Origin: a bacterium
Lineage (GTDB): Bacteria; Methylomirabilota; Methylomirabilia; CAVQYV01
NCBI GenBank assembly: GCA_043800755.1
Contig: JAZDMQ010000063.1
Span: 1-52,021 of the forward strand
Reading direction: 5' to 3'
Length of the DNA: 52,021 nucleotides
The notes beneath the pieces were generated by a model. It was not told the DNA's origin, searched no databases, and was given only the letters and a program-made list of their open reading frames with translations. Shown one piece after another: positions 17,294-25,222 of this stretch; the first letter of the stretch is position 1; every line of letters begins with the position of its first letter. A program made the translations under genes and the position numbers.

Positions 17294-18694
17294 ATGACCC
17301 ATATCCTGGTCGTGGATGACAAAGAAGGCATGCGGGAGTTTTTTGAGATCTTCCTGAGCAAGGAGGGATACCAGGTTAGTGCGGCCGGGAGGGGCGAAGA
17401 GGCACTGCAACTAACCCGCGCCGCGCGATTCGACCTGGTGATCTCCGACATCAAGATGCCAGGAATAGGCGGCATCGCCCTGCTCAAAGGCCTGCGCGAG
17501 CTCGATCCCCAGCTGCCGGTCATCATGGTCACCGCCTACCCCACCATCGAGTCCTCGATTGAGGCCATGAAGCTGGGGGCCTACGATTATATCATCAAGC
17601 CCTTCAATAACGATGAGATCAGGATCAAGATCGCTAAGGCCCTGGAGAGCTCTGCGCTACGACGAGAAAATATCCATCTCCGAGCGGCATTTCGAGAGAA
17701 GCAGCGGTTAGAAGGGATTGAAGATGTACTGATCGGAAAGAGTCCCGAAATGATTGCCTTGGGGGCATTGATCGCGAAGGCTTCTAAGGTGTCCAGCACT
17801 CTCCTCATCGAGGGGGAGAGCGGAACCGGCAAAGAAATGGTGGCCAAGGCAATCCATTATAATGGTCCCCGGGCAGGGGGTCCATTCGTGGCGATCAATT
17901 GCGGGGCGATCCCGGATCAACTCTTGGAGAGTGAGCTTTTCGGCCATGTGAAGGGCTCGTTTACCGGGGCGATCAACAATAAAGAGGGACTGTTTGAGGT
18001 GGCCAATCAGGGGACGGTCTTTCTGGATGAGGTGGCGGAATTGAGCCTTCCCCTGCAGGTGAAGCTGCTGCGGGTGCTGCAAGATCGAACCTTTCGCCGG
18101 GTGGGGGGATTGCAGGATATCCAGGTGGATGTGCGGGTCATCGCCGCCTCCAATCGAAGCCTGGAAAAGGCAGTCTCCCAGGCAAGCTTTCGGGAGGACC
18201 TCTATTATCGGCTGAAGGTTATCGGCATCGTCGTCCCTCCCCTGCGTGAGAGGAAAGAGGACATCCCCCTCCTGTGCCAGCATTTCCTGGCAAAGTTCGC
18301 CCAGCGAGCGAACTGCCCCCCGCCCAGGATTCGGAAGGATGCCATGAAGATGCTCATTTCCTATGATTGGCCGGGGAATGTCCGGGAACTGGAGAATGTG
18401 ATCGAGAGGTCCGTTGCCCTGGAGGCCTCTGAGGAGATTACCCCGGAAAGCCTGCCCTTTGATTCGGTTCACCCCCAGGCAAAGTCCTCACTTAGAGTGG
18501 GTTCAGGAGCCTCGCTTCCGGCCGAGGGACTCAATCTGGATGAGGCCTTGGAGCAATGGGAAAAGGAGCTGATTCTGCAGTCCCTTCAAAGGGCAGACGG
18601 CGTGCAAAAAAAAGCTGCCAACCTTCTGGGCCTCAGCTTAGACGCCTTCCGTTGGCGACTCAAGAAACACGGAATTGATGCGAAGAAGGCATGA
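17294..18694 (+). CDS. pilR: sigma54-dependent response regulator, PilR-type
   Basis: Receiver domain (VVDD...SDIKMP), GESGTGKE, ESELFGHVKGSFTGA, WPGNVREL, Fis-type HTH. Directly upstream of the pilin. Confidence 0.88.
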   Translation: MTHILVVDDKEGMREFFEIFLSKEGYQVSAAGRGEEALQLTRAARFDLVISDIKMPGIGGIALLKGLRELDPQLPVIMVTAYPTIESSIEAMKLGAYDYIIKPFNNDEIRIKIAKALESSALRRENIHLRAAFREKQRLEGIEDVLIGKSPEMIALGALIAKASKVSSTLLIEGESGTGKEMVAKAIHYNGPRAGGPFVAINCGAIPDQLLESELFGHVKGSFTGAINNKEGLFEVANQGTVFLDEVAELSLPLQVKLLRVLQDRTFRRVGGLQDIQVDVRVIAASNRSLEKAVSQASFREDLYYRLKVIGIVVPPLRERKEDIPLLCQHFLAKFAQRANCPPPRIRKDAMKMLISYDWPGNVRELENVIERSVALEASEEITPESLPFDSVHPQAKSSLRVGSGASLPAEGLNLDEALEQWEKELILQSLQRADGVQKKAANLLGLSLDAFRWRLKKHGIDAKKA

Positions 18695-18709
18695 AATGAT
18701 CCTTATACG

Positions 18710-18745
18710 TGGTGTTTTTCACCAGTAAAGTGGTGAAAACCACCA
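18710..18745. promoter_or_regulatory. Paired palindromic boxes, candidate PilR upstream activating sequence
   Basis: TGGTG-TTTTT-CACCA (18710-18724), 6 bp, TGGTG-AAAAC-CACCA (18731-18745), about 100 bp upstream of the sigma54 -24 element. Confidence 0.5.
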
Positions 18746-18844
18746 GAAGCGACCTCGGAGAACTCTGGCGAGAGAAGGAAGTGTATGAGCATAACACCGC
18801 GATTAAGTTGATCTATCCTGATATTCGATGGATTGAAGATGTAT

Positions 18845-18861
18845 TTGGCATGAGGCATGCA
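18845..18861 (+). promoter_or_regulatory. sigma54 (-24/-12) promoter of the major pilin
   Basis: TTGGCATGAGGCATGCA with GG at 18847-48 and GC at 18859-60 (GG-N10-GC), between a sigma54 activator gene and the pilin. Confidence 0.8.
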
Positions 18862-18914
18862 GCTATAGTGAAGCGAATGAATAAACGATTCCAAAGCAAA
18901 GGAGGTGAAAAACG

Positions 18915-19349
18915 ATGTTGAGATACTTCCACAAGAATTCCAAAGGTTTTACCCTGATTGAGCTCTTGATCGTGGTGGCCATCATCGGGATCCTGGCGGC
19001 CATTGCCATCCCCAACCTGCTTAATGCCCAGAGACGGGCCAAGATCTCCCGGGCCGCAGCGGATACCAAGACGATCGTGACCCAAACCCAGCTTTTCTTT
19101 AACGACATGAACGCGTTTCCGGCGGGCCTGGTGGGGTTGCAGGCTGGGGGCTATGTCTCCTCCATCACTGACCCGTTCCACACTGGCAACAACTATTTAT
19201 ATGAATTGAACGCTGCGCCCGTCGTGGCAGCGACAACCACTGCCAACATGACCGACGACATCAGGGCCTGGAGCGAGGGACCCGACAGTACCAGTGGCAC
19301 GGCTGACGACGTGGGGTATTCAAACCAGAGTGGCGCTTTCGGATTGTAA
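18915..19349 (+). CDS. pilA: Type IVa prepilin, probable major pilin
   Basis: Strong SD AGGAGGT. Class III signal KG|FTLIELLIVVAIIGILAAIAIP. Has its own sigma54 promoter and a downstream hairpin. Confidence 0.9.
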   Translation: MLRYFHKNSKGFTLIELLIVVAIIGILAAIAIPNLLNAQRRAKISRAAADTKTIVTQTQLFFNDMNAFPAGLVGLQAGGYVSSITDPFHTGNNYLYELNAAPVVAATTTANMTDDIRAWSEGPDSTSGTADDVGYSNQSGAFGL

Positions 19350-19684
19350 TTTCAGGTTCTTGCTTGATAGAGAATGCAGGTGGGCCTGAATGGCTCGCCT
19401 GCATTTTCTCTAACCTCAAATCTTGGAATTTGGTGAAGAGCGGAGATTGGTCACAACCCCCCCCTAATCCAATTCTCGTTCTCACGCGGGAGAAGTTCGG
19501 TGAAGCGAAGGCGTGCGACGAGCACAAAGGATTCGGGGTTCACCTTGGTGGAGCTGCTGATCGTGATGGCCATCATCGGGATCCTGGCAGCCATTGCCAT
19601 CCCCAATCTCATCGAGGCCTCCAAAAGGGCCAAGATCTCCCGGGCGCAGGCGGATACGAACAAGATCGTGACCCAAACCCAGCT
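18976..19684 (+). repeat. Direct-repeat blocks shared by the two pilin genes (591 bp offset)
   Basis: Identical blocks at 18976-18997/19567-19588, 18999-19015/19590-19606, 19036-19054/19627-19645 and 19073-19093/19664-19684. Confidence 0.85.
19369..19409 (+). terminator. Long hairpin/terminator after the first pilin
   Basis: AGAATGCAGGTGGGCC-TGAAT-GGCTCGCCTGCATTTT (with G-U pairs) followed by a pyrimidine run. Confidence 0.7.
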
Positions 19685-19961
19685 CTATATCAGCGATTTC
19701 AGCACCTACCCCGGCCCCGGGAATCCCGGATTTACCATTCTGAGAAATGCCGCCTACATTGCGGTCATCTATGATCCCTTCGATCCGCCCAACAATTATC
19801 AGTTCCTGACGCCGGCGGTCGGGGCCCCCGTCAGCATGACCGATGAGATCGCCGCCTGGTCGGTGGGACCAGCCCGCAATGGGACTTACGCCGCTGGGAT
19901 TCCCGGAGGCAGTGCCATTGGCTATTCCAACCAGATCGGGGCCTTTAATTTGGGGAGCTAA
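19500..19961 (+). CDS. Second type IVa prepilin (paralog of the first)
   Basis: GTG start. DSG|FTLVELLIVMAIIGILAAIAIPN. Shares DPF..NNY, MTD.I.AWS.GP and GYSNQ.GAF with pilin 1. Confidence 0.88.
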   Translation: MKRRRATSTKDSGFTLVELLIVMAIIGILAAIAIPNLIEASKRAKISRAQADTNKIVTQTQLYISDFSTYPGPGNPGFTILRNAAYIAVIYDPFDPPNNYQFLTPAVGAPVSMTDEIAAWSVGPARNGTYAAGIPGGSAIGYSNQIGAFNLGS

Positions 19962-19985
19962 GGTCTCCAGCCGCCCGAGGGATCC

Positions 19986-21989
19986 ATGAAAATCAGCTCA
20001 GGCTGGCCACCGAAGATCTTCCTCTTCGTCTGTCTCCTCTCCCTCACCCCGCTGGCCTTCTACCCTTATCACATCAGCCCCTATCAATATCCGAAGCTCC
20101 TCCTTCTTTCGTTATTCCTCTTTCTATCGCTCCTCTTCTGGGCCTTCGATTCCTTGTTGGCCCAGGGCGGACGGCCGGCCTGGGATCCGGTGGCTCTGTT
20201 TCTCTTGGCCTTTATCCTGTGGGCGCTGCTTCGCTATCCCTGGTTTTCCAACTCTCATGCCACCCTGAGGGATCCGTTTCTTTGGGGGAATCTGGGCCTC
20301 ACCTATTTTCTGGTGGGGCAGTACGGAACGGAGGAGAAAAAGGCCCGGGCCCTGATTTACCTGTTGGCCTTGGTGGGGCTAGCCATCTGCCTCTACGGCC
20401 TACTGCAGTTCGGGGGGATCGACTTGGCCCTCTATCAATCAAAGCACACGGTCTTTGGTCCGGTTCGGCCGGAGGGAAAATGGGGGAGGCCCTTCTCCAC
20501 CTTGGGCAACCCTAATTTCCTGGGTGAGTTTCTGGCAGGCCTGCTCCCTCTGGTGTTGGCCCTCTATCTCTCGTCAACGCGCAAGGCGGGCAGGCTGGTT
20601 TGGGCCGGCTCCGCTCTGGCCTCGGTCCTCTTGATCGTCACCTCCGGTGCGCGGGGTGCGCTGGTGGCCGCGGTGGCGGGGATTATCCTTTTCTTTTTCC
20701 TGGGAAGGGGCAAGGGGTACTGGCGCAAGGGGCTCTGGCTCTTGCTGGCGGCGCTGGTCTTCATTTTGGTAGCCCTCTCCCTGGAGGGAGCTCGCTTTGG
20801 GTTCTCCCGAGCCTGGCAGAAAATGGCTGCCATTTCTTCTCCCAGTCAGGGCTCGGTGGGAGCCCGTTTGCTCTGGTGGCGGGTCAGCTGGGAGATGGTC
20901 AAGGATCGACCCCTGCTGGGGGTGGGCACCGGGGCCTTTCGCGAGACCTACCCTGCCTACCAAAGGAGATTCTTTCAGCAACCGGACTCCACTCGCTGGA
21001 TTCCTTTAGTGGCGGCCGGTTGGAAGGATAACTATAACGCGACCTTAGAGGCCCCCCATAATGAATACCTGCAGATTGCGGCCGAGTTGGGTTTGCCTGG
21101 ACTCCTCCTTTTTTCCGCCTTTTCCCTTCTCCTTCTGGGTCGGCGGGCCCGAAATGGGCAGGCCCCCCCTCCCTTCTGGACGAATGGGTGCATCGCCGGA
21201 TGTGCCGCAATTCTGGTGGCCGCCCTCTTTGGTTTTCCGCTCCATCTGCCCTCCACTGGGACCCTTTTTTTTCTCATGGCTGGTCTGCTCGGCCACCAGA
21301 GCAAGCCGCCTCCAGATGAGGCCGCCCGCAAAGGAGACCCCCTGTTCGGTACCCTATTGGTTTTGGTTAGCTGCCTGGCCTTGCTGCAACTGATTCAGCA
21401 GGGCAAGGTCTTTGAGAGCGGCCGGGACCTCTATTGGGCCATCGGCCATCAGCTCTCTGGCAAGGCCGATTTGGCCCTAACCGATTTTTCCGAGGCGAAG
21501 AGGCTGAATCCTCAGGATCCGGAGATCGATTACTGGCTGGGCTTGGCCCATCTTTCGCGGGCCCGCCTCCCCTTGGCGAAAGATAGCCTGGAAAGGGCCA
21601 AAACCTCTTTCAATTCCCCTCGTCTCTATCTGACCCTGGGGGCCATCCATTCGGATCTCGGGGAACTTGGCAGGGCGGAGGCGATCTACCAGGAAGGGAT
21701 TGCCACCTACCCTGGGCTGACGCCTTTGCATGCCGCCCTGGGCGTCCTCTATGCCCGGTCGAACCGAAACCAGGAGGCCCTGCGAGAATTGAAGAAGGCC
21801 CAAGAGATCGATCCGTCCTTAGCAGAGACCTATCATTTCCTGGGACATCTCTTCTATCGCTTGGGCCGCCCGGGAGAAGCCCAGCAGAACCTCGAGCGCT
21901 TCTTGCAGTTGGCCCCCGCCGCTGACCCCCGCCGGAACCTCGACCTGGATCTGATGCACAAGATCCGCCCAGGGTCTAAATCACCTTGA
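19986..21989 (+). CDS. O-antigen-ligase-family (Wzy_C) membrane protein with C-terminal TPRs, candidate pilin O-oligosaccharyltransferase
   Basis: Many TM helices, TLGNPNF, SGARGA, R..WW...PLLGVGTG.F, PHNEYLQ..AELGLPG, TPR-like C-terminus. Confidence 0.8.
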   Translation: MKISSGWPPKIFLFVCLLSLTPLAFYPYHISPYQYPKLLLLSLFLFLSLLFWAFDSLLAQGGRPAWDPVALFLLAFILWALLRYPWFSNSHATLRDPFLWGNLGLTYFLVGQYGTEEKKARALIYLLALVGLAICLYGLLQFGGIDLALYQSKHTVFGPVRPEGKWGRPFSTLGNPNFLGEFLAGLLPLVLALYLSSTRKAGRLVWAGSALASVLLIVTSGARGALVAAVAGIILFFFLGRGKGYWRKGLWLLLAALVFILVALSLEGARFGFSRAWQKMAAISSPSQGSVGARLLWWRVSWEMVKDRPLLGVGTGAFRETYPAYQRRFFQQPDSTRWIPLVAAGWKDNYNATLEAPHNEYLQIAAELGLPGLLLFSAFSLLLLGRRARNGQAPPPFWTNGCIAGCAAILVAALFGFPLHLPSTGTLFFLMAGLLGHQSKPPPDEAARKGDPLFGTLLVLVSCLALLQLIQQGKVFESGRDLYWAIGHQLSGKADLALTDFSEAKRLNPQDPEIDYWLGLAHLSRARLPLAKDSLERAKTSFNSPRLYLTLGAIHSDLGELGRAEAIYQEGIATYPGLTPLHAALGVLYARSNRNQEALRELKKAQEIDPSLAETYHFLGHLFYRLGRPGEAQQNLERFLQLAPAADPRRNLDLDLMHKIRPGSKSP

Positions 21990-22014
21990 CGATCCAAAGC
22001 TCACTGGCTATATT
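21986..22014 (+). promoter_or_regulatory. sigma70-type promoter of the ABC/pilD operon
   Basis: TTGACG (21986-21991), 17 bp, TATATT (22009-22014). Confidence 0.65.
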
Positions 22015-22041
22015 GCGGATGAAGACCCCTCAAGGCAGGGA

Positions 22042-23004
22042 ATGATTGTGGATACTTCGGCCATCTTCACTCAGGATCTCAGCAAGGACTTCCGGTTCGG
22101 CTTTGCCATGCGCAAGGTGCGCGTGCTGCATGGGCTGAGCCTGGAGGTGAAGCGAGGGGAGATCTTCGGCTATCTCGGACCCAACGGCGCCGGGAAAACG
22201 ACCACCATCAAGCTCCTGATGGGCCTGATCTTCCCCAGTTCAGGTGAGGTGTCCCTCTTGGGAGGGCGGGCGGAAGATCCCCAGGTGAGATCGCGGATCG
22301 GATTTCTACCGGAAAATCCCTATTTCTATGATCATCTCACCGGCTCGGAATTGCTTGACTATTGCGGACGGCTCCTGGGGATGGACAAGGCGTCCCGAGA
22401 AGCGCGTATCCTCCCCCTGTTGGAGGAGGTGGGAATTCGCGAGGCCGCCCATACGCCGCTGCGAAAGTATTCCAAGGGAATGGTGCAGCGGATAGGGCTG
22501 GCCCAGGCCCTGATCAATAATCCCGAACTGGTGATCCTCGATGAACCGATGTCGGGTTTGGACCCTATCGGGAGAAAAGAGATACGGGATCTGATCCTAT
22601 CCCTGAAGGATCTGGGCAAAACCGTTTTTTTCAGCACCCACATCCTTCCCGATGTGGAGATGATCTGCGATCGGGTGGGGATCTTGATGAAAGGACGCCT
22701 CCAAGAGGTTGGGGTGCTGGAGGAGATGCTGGAGGCCCGAATCAGGTCGATTGAGATCACCATCGAGGAGGTTGACCTGCAGGCCCTGTCCCGGCTCGAC
22801 CTTCCTCTATCCCTCCCCCCGCTCCAGAGGGGCGGAAAGATCCTCCTTTCGGTTCGCGATGAGGGAGCCCTGCAGCATGTCCTTTCCGGCCTGATAGCGG
22901 AGGGGGTGCGCATCGTATCGGTCGTTCCCCAGAAGGAGACCCTGGAGGAGTACTTCCTGAAAGAGGTGAACCTCTCCTCGGGGCGCCCACTGGAGGGCAG
23001 ATGA
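22042..23004 (+). CDS. ABC transporter ATP-binding protein (Myxococcus PilH/Geobacter Xap-like)
   Basis: GPNGAGKT, YSKGM signature, ILDEP, H-loop FSTH. Pilus-locus context. Confidence 0.88.
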   Translation: MIVDTSAIFTQDLSKDFRFGFAMRKVRVLHGLSLEVKRGEIFGYLGPNGAGKTTTIKLLMGLIFPSSGEVSLLGGRAEDPQVRSRIGFLPENPYFYDHLTGSELLDYCGRLLGMDKASREARILPLLEEVGIREAAHTPLRKYSKGMVQRIGLAQALINNPELVILDEPMSGLDPIGRKEIRDLILSLKDLGKTVFFSTHILPDVEMICDRVGILMKGRLQEVGVLEEMLEARIRSIEITIEEVDLQALSRLDLPLSLPPLQRGGKILLSVRDEGALQHVLSGLIAEGVRIVSVVPQKETLEEYFLKEVNLSSGRPLEGR

Positions 23005-23765
23005 AGGTCCTGGCCATCTCCATCAACACCTTCAAAGAGGCGGTGAGGGATAGGATCCTCTACACGCTCTTGATCTTTGCCCTCTTCATGATCGGCTCAT
23101 CGGCCCTCTTGGCCAGCCTGAGCACCGGCCAGGACGCAAAGATCATTCAGGACCTGGGGCTCTCCTGCATCTCCATCTTTGGCACGCTGATTGCGGTTTT
23201 TTTGGGCATCGGCCTGGTCTACAAAGAGATCGAGAAGCGGACCCTGTATGTCCTTATCTCCAAGCCCATTCATCGAGCCCAGTTCATTCTGGGAAAATAC
23301 TTGGGCCTGGCCCTGGTGCTGCTGACCAATGTGGCCATCATGGGCACCGGGCTCCTTTTGCTCTCTCGCATCTATCTGGGGGAGTGGCCCTGGCGGCTGC
23401 TTGTGGCCCTGGCCTTCACCCTCCTCGAGCTATTGGTAATTACCGGCCTGGCCATCCTCTTCTCCTCCTTTACCACTCCGACCCTCTCCGCCATCTTCAC
23501 CCTCTCCCTCTTTCTCATCGGGCACCTGAGCCCCGACCTCCGGCTCTTCGCTGGCCGCTTTGGTAGACCAGCCGCTCGGCTCCTCATCGAGCTATTCTAT
23601 TATCTCTTGCCCAATTTTCGGCATTTCCACTTCGAATCGCTGATCATCAACGGATTTTTACCGGATGGCATTGTCCTGTTTCAGTCTGCATGCTATGGAC
23701 TCCTTTATGGGGCAGCCCTGCTGCTTTTGGCCATGCTGGCCTTTGCCCGCAGGGATCTCAAGTAG
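23001..23765 (+). CDS. ABC-2-type permease (PilI-like)
   Basis: NTFKEAVRDRILY, EIEKRTLY..ISKPI.R..FILGKY, C-terminal F.RRDL. Confidence 0.85.
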   Translation: MKVLAISINTFKEAVRDRILYTLLIFALFMIGSSALLASLSTGQDAKIIQDLGLSCISIFGTLIAVFLGIGLVYKEIEKRTLYVLISKPIHRAQFILGKYLGLALVLLTNVAIMGTGLLLLSRIYLGEWPWRLLVALAFTLLELLVITGLAILFSSFTTPTLSAIFTLSLFLIGHLSPDLRLFAGRFGRPAARLLIELFYYLLPNFRHFHFESLIINGFLPDGIVLFQSACYGLLYGAALLLLAMLAFARRDLK

Positions 23766-23773
23766 GCTGTAGG

Positions 23774-24466
23774 ATGGCAAAAGATCTGCTGAAAACCAAG
23801 ATAGACCGGGGCCTGGGCCTTCTATTGCTGCTCTCCTTCCTGGGGAGCTGGCTGGTTGCCGCTGATCTGGATCGGAGAAACCAGGGGAGGAGCGGAGAGG
23901 AAAGCTCCTATTTGATCCCTGCCGAGCGGCTGCGTCCTTTCCTTTTGGGTTACGATCTGCTTGCCGCCGATTTCTTCTGGCTCGAGACGGTTCAATATGT
24001 AGGGAAACACCTCCTGACAGATCGGGAGTTTCCCCACCTTTATCCTCGCCTCATCCGGGTGATCTCCCTGGACCCTCACTTCCTGGAGGTCTACCGGATG
24101 GGGGCCCTTTTCTTGGCCTATTCTGGAGGCCAGGTGGACGCGGCAATCCTCCTTTTGAAAAAGGGAGCGGCCTCCAATCCCGAACGTTGGGAGATTCCCC
24201 ATGATTTGGGGATTCTCTACTATCTCCTGAAGAAGGATTATCCGAGTGCCCTTTACTGGCTGGAGAGGGCGAATCGCCTACCCGGCCGGCCGGATTATGT
24301 CTCCCGCTTTGTAGCCCGGCTCTATGCCTCCACTGGACTCCGGGAGACGGCGATCGAGATGTGGATCAGGATCCACGATCAGACTGATCTGGATTGGGTG
24401 AAAGCGATCGCACGCCGGGAGCTCAAGAAATTGGGAGCGTATCTGCTGGAAGAGGGGGGGAGATGA
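23774..24466 (+). CDS. Membrane-anchored TPR-like protein (PilG/XapA-like ABC accessory)
   Basis: ATG at 23774, N-terminal TM, LGY..LAAD.FWL..VQY, LDPHF, TPR-like helices. Confidence 0.7.
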   Translation: MAKDLLKTKIDRGLGLLLLLSFLGSWLVAADLDRRNQGRSGEESSYLIPAERLRPFLLGYDLLAADFFWLETVQYVGKHLLTDREFPHLYPRLIRVISLDPHFLEVYRMGALFLAYSGGQVDAAILLLKKGAASNPERWEIPHDLGILYYLLKKDYPSALYWLERANRLPGRPDYVSRFVARLYASTGLRETAIEMWIRIHDQTDLDWVKAIARRELKKLGAYLLEEGGR

Positions 24467-25209
24467 TCATTGTCTTTGCGGCCCTATTGGGCTTGGTGGT
24501 GGGATCGTTCTTGAATGTCTGCATCTACCGCATACCCCGCCGGGAAAGCATCGTTTATCCCTCCTCCCATTGTCCCACCTGCCGACAACCGATCAAGCCC
24601 TACGATAACCTGCCGCTCCTCTCCTACCTCCTCTTGAGGGGAAGATGTCGATCCTGCGGGAGCCGGATCCACTATCGCTACCCTCTGGTGGAGGCGGCAG
24701 GGGGAATCGGCTTTGCCCTGGTGGTGGGTCGATTCGGTCTCAGCGTCTCCGCTCTCACCGGCTTGATCTTTTTTTCTGCCTTGTTAGTCCTGGCTGGCAT
24801 CGATCTGGAGCATCAGATCCTTCCGGATCTGATTACCCTTCCCGGCATCCCCCTGGGCCTGTTGATGGGCATGTTGCTGCCCGAGGCGAGTCTTCTCTCC
24901 TCAGCCGAAGGCCTGGTCTTGGGGGGAGGGATCTTCTACCTGGTAGCGCTCTTGAGCCGAGGGGGCATGGGTGGAGGGGATATCAAACTGGCGGCGATGA
25001 TCGGAGCCTTCCTTGGATGGCAAAGGCTGCTCCTGACCATCTTCCTGGCAACCCTCTTCGGATCCGTCGTGGGAATCCCGCTGTTGGTCTTGAAGCTCAA
25101 GGGCAGAAAAGATCCCATCCCCTTTGGCCCCTTCCTCTCACTGGGCGCCTTTATTTCCCTCATCTGGGGAGGTTTGCTGATTGGCTGGTACGGTAGATTT
25201 CTTCGCTAA
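24463..25209 (+). CDS. pilD: Prepilin peptidase/N-methyltransferase
   Basis: GSFLNVCIYRIP, CPTC...CRSC, IDLEHQILPD, GMGGGDIKL, IPFGPFL. Confidence 0.95.
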   Translation: MIIVFAALLGLVVGSFLNVCIYRIPRRESIVYPSSHCPTCRQPIKPYDNLPLLSYLLLRGRCRSCGSRIHYRYPLVEAAGGIGFALVVGRFGLSVSALTGLIFFSALLVLAGIDLEHQILPDLITLPGIPLGLLMGMLLPEASLLSSAEGLVLGGGIFYLVALLSRGGMGGGDIKLAAMIGAFLGWQRLLLTIFLATLFGSVVGIPLLVLKLKGRKDPIPFGPFLSLGAFISLIWGGLLIGWYGRFLR

Positions 25210-25222
25210 GCTCCGAAAGAGG

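Noticed and set aside
18948..19125. Electrically conductive (Geobacter-type) e-pilin
   Set aside because: The first 22 mature residues match Geobacter-type pilins, but aromatics at positions 24, 27 and 32 are missing (L, A, K) and the pilin is not truncated.
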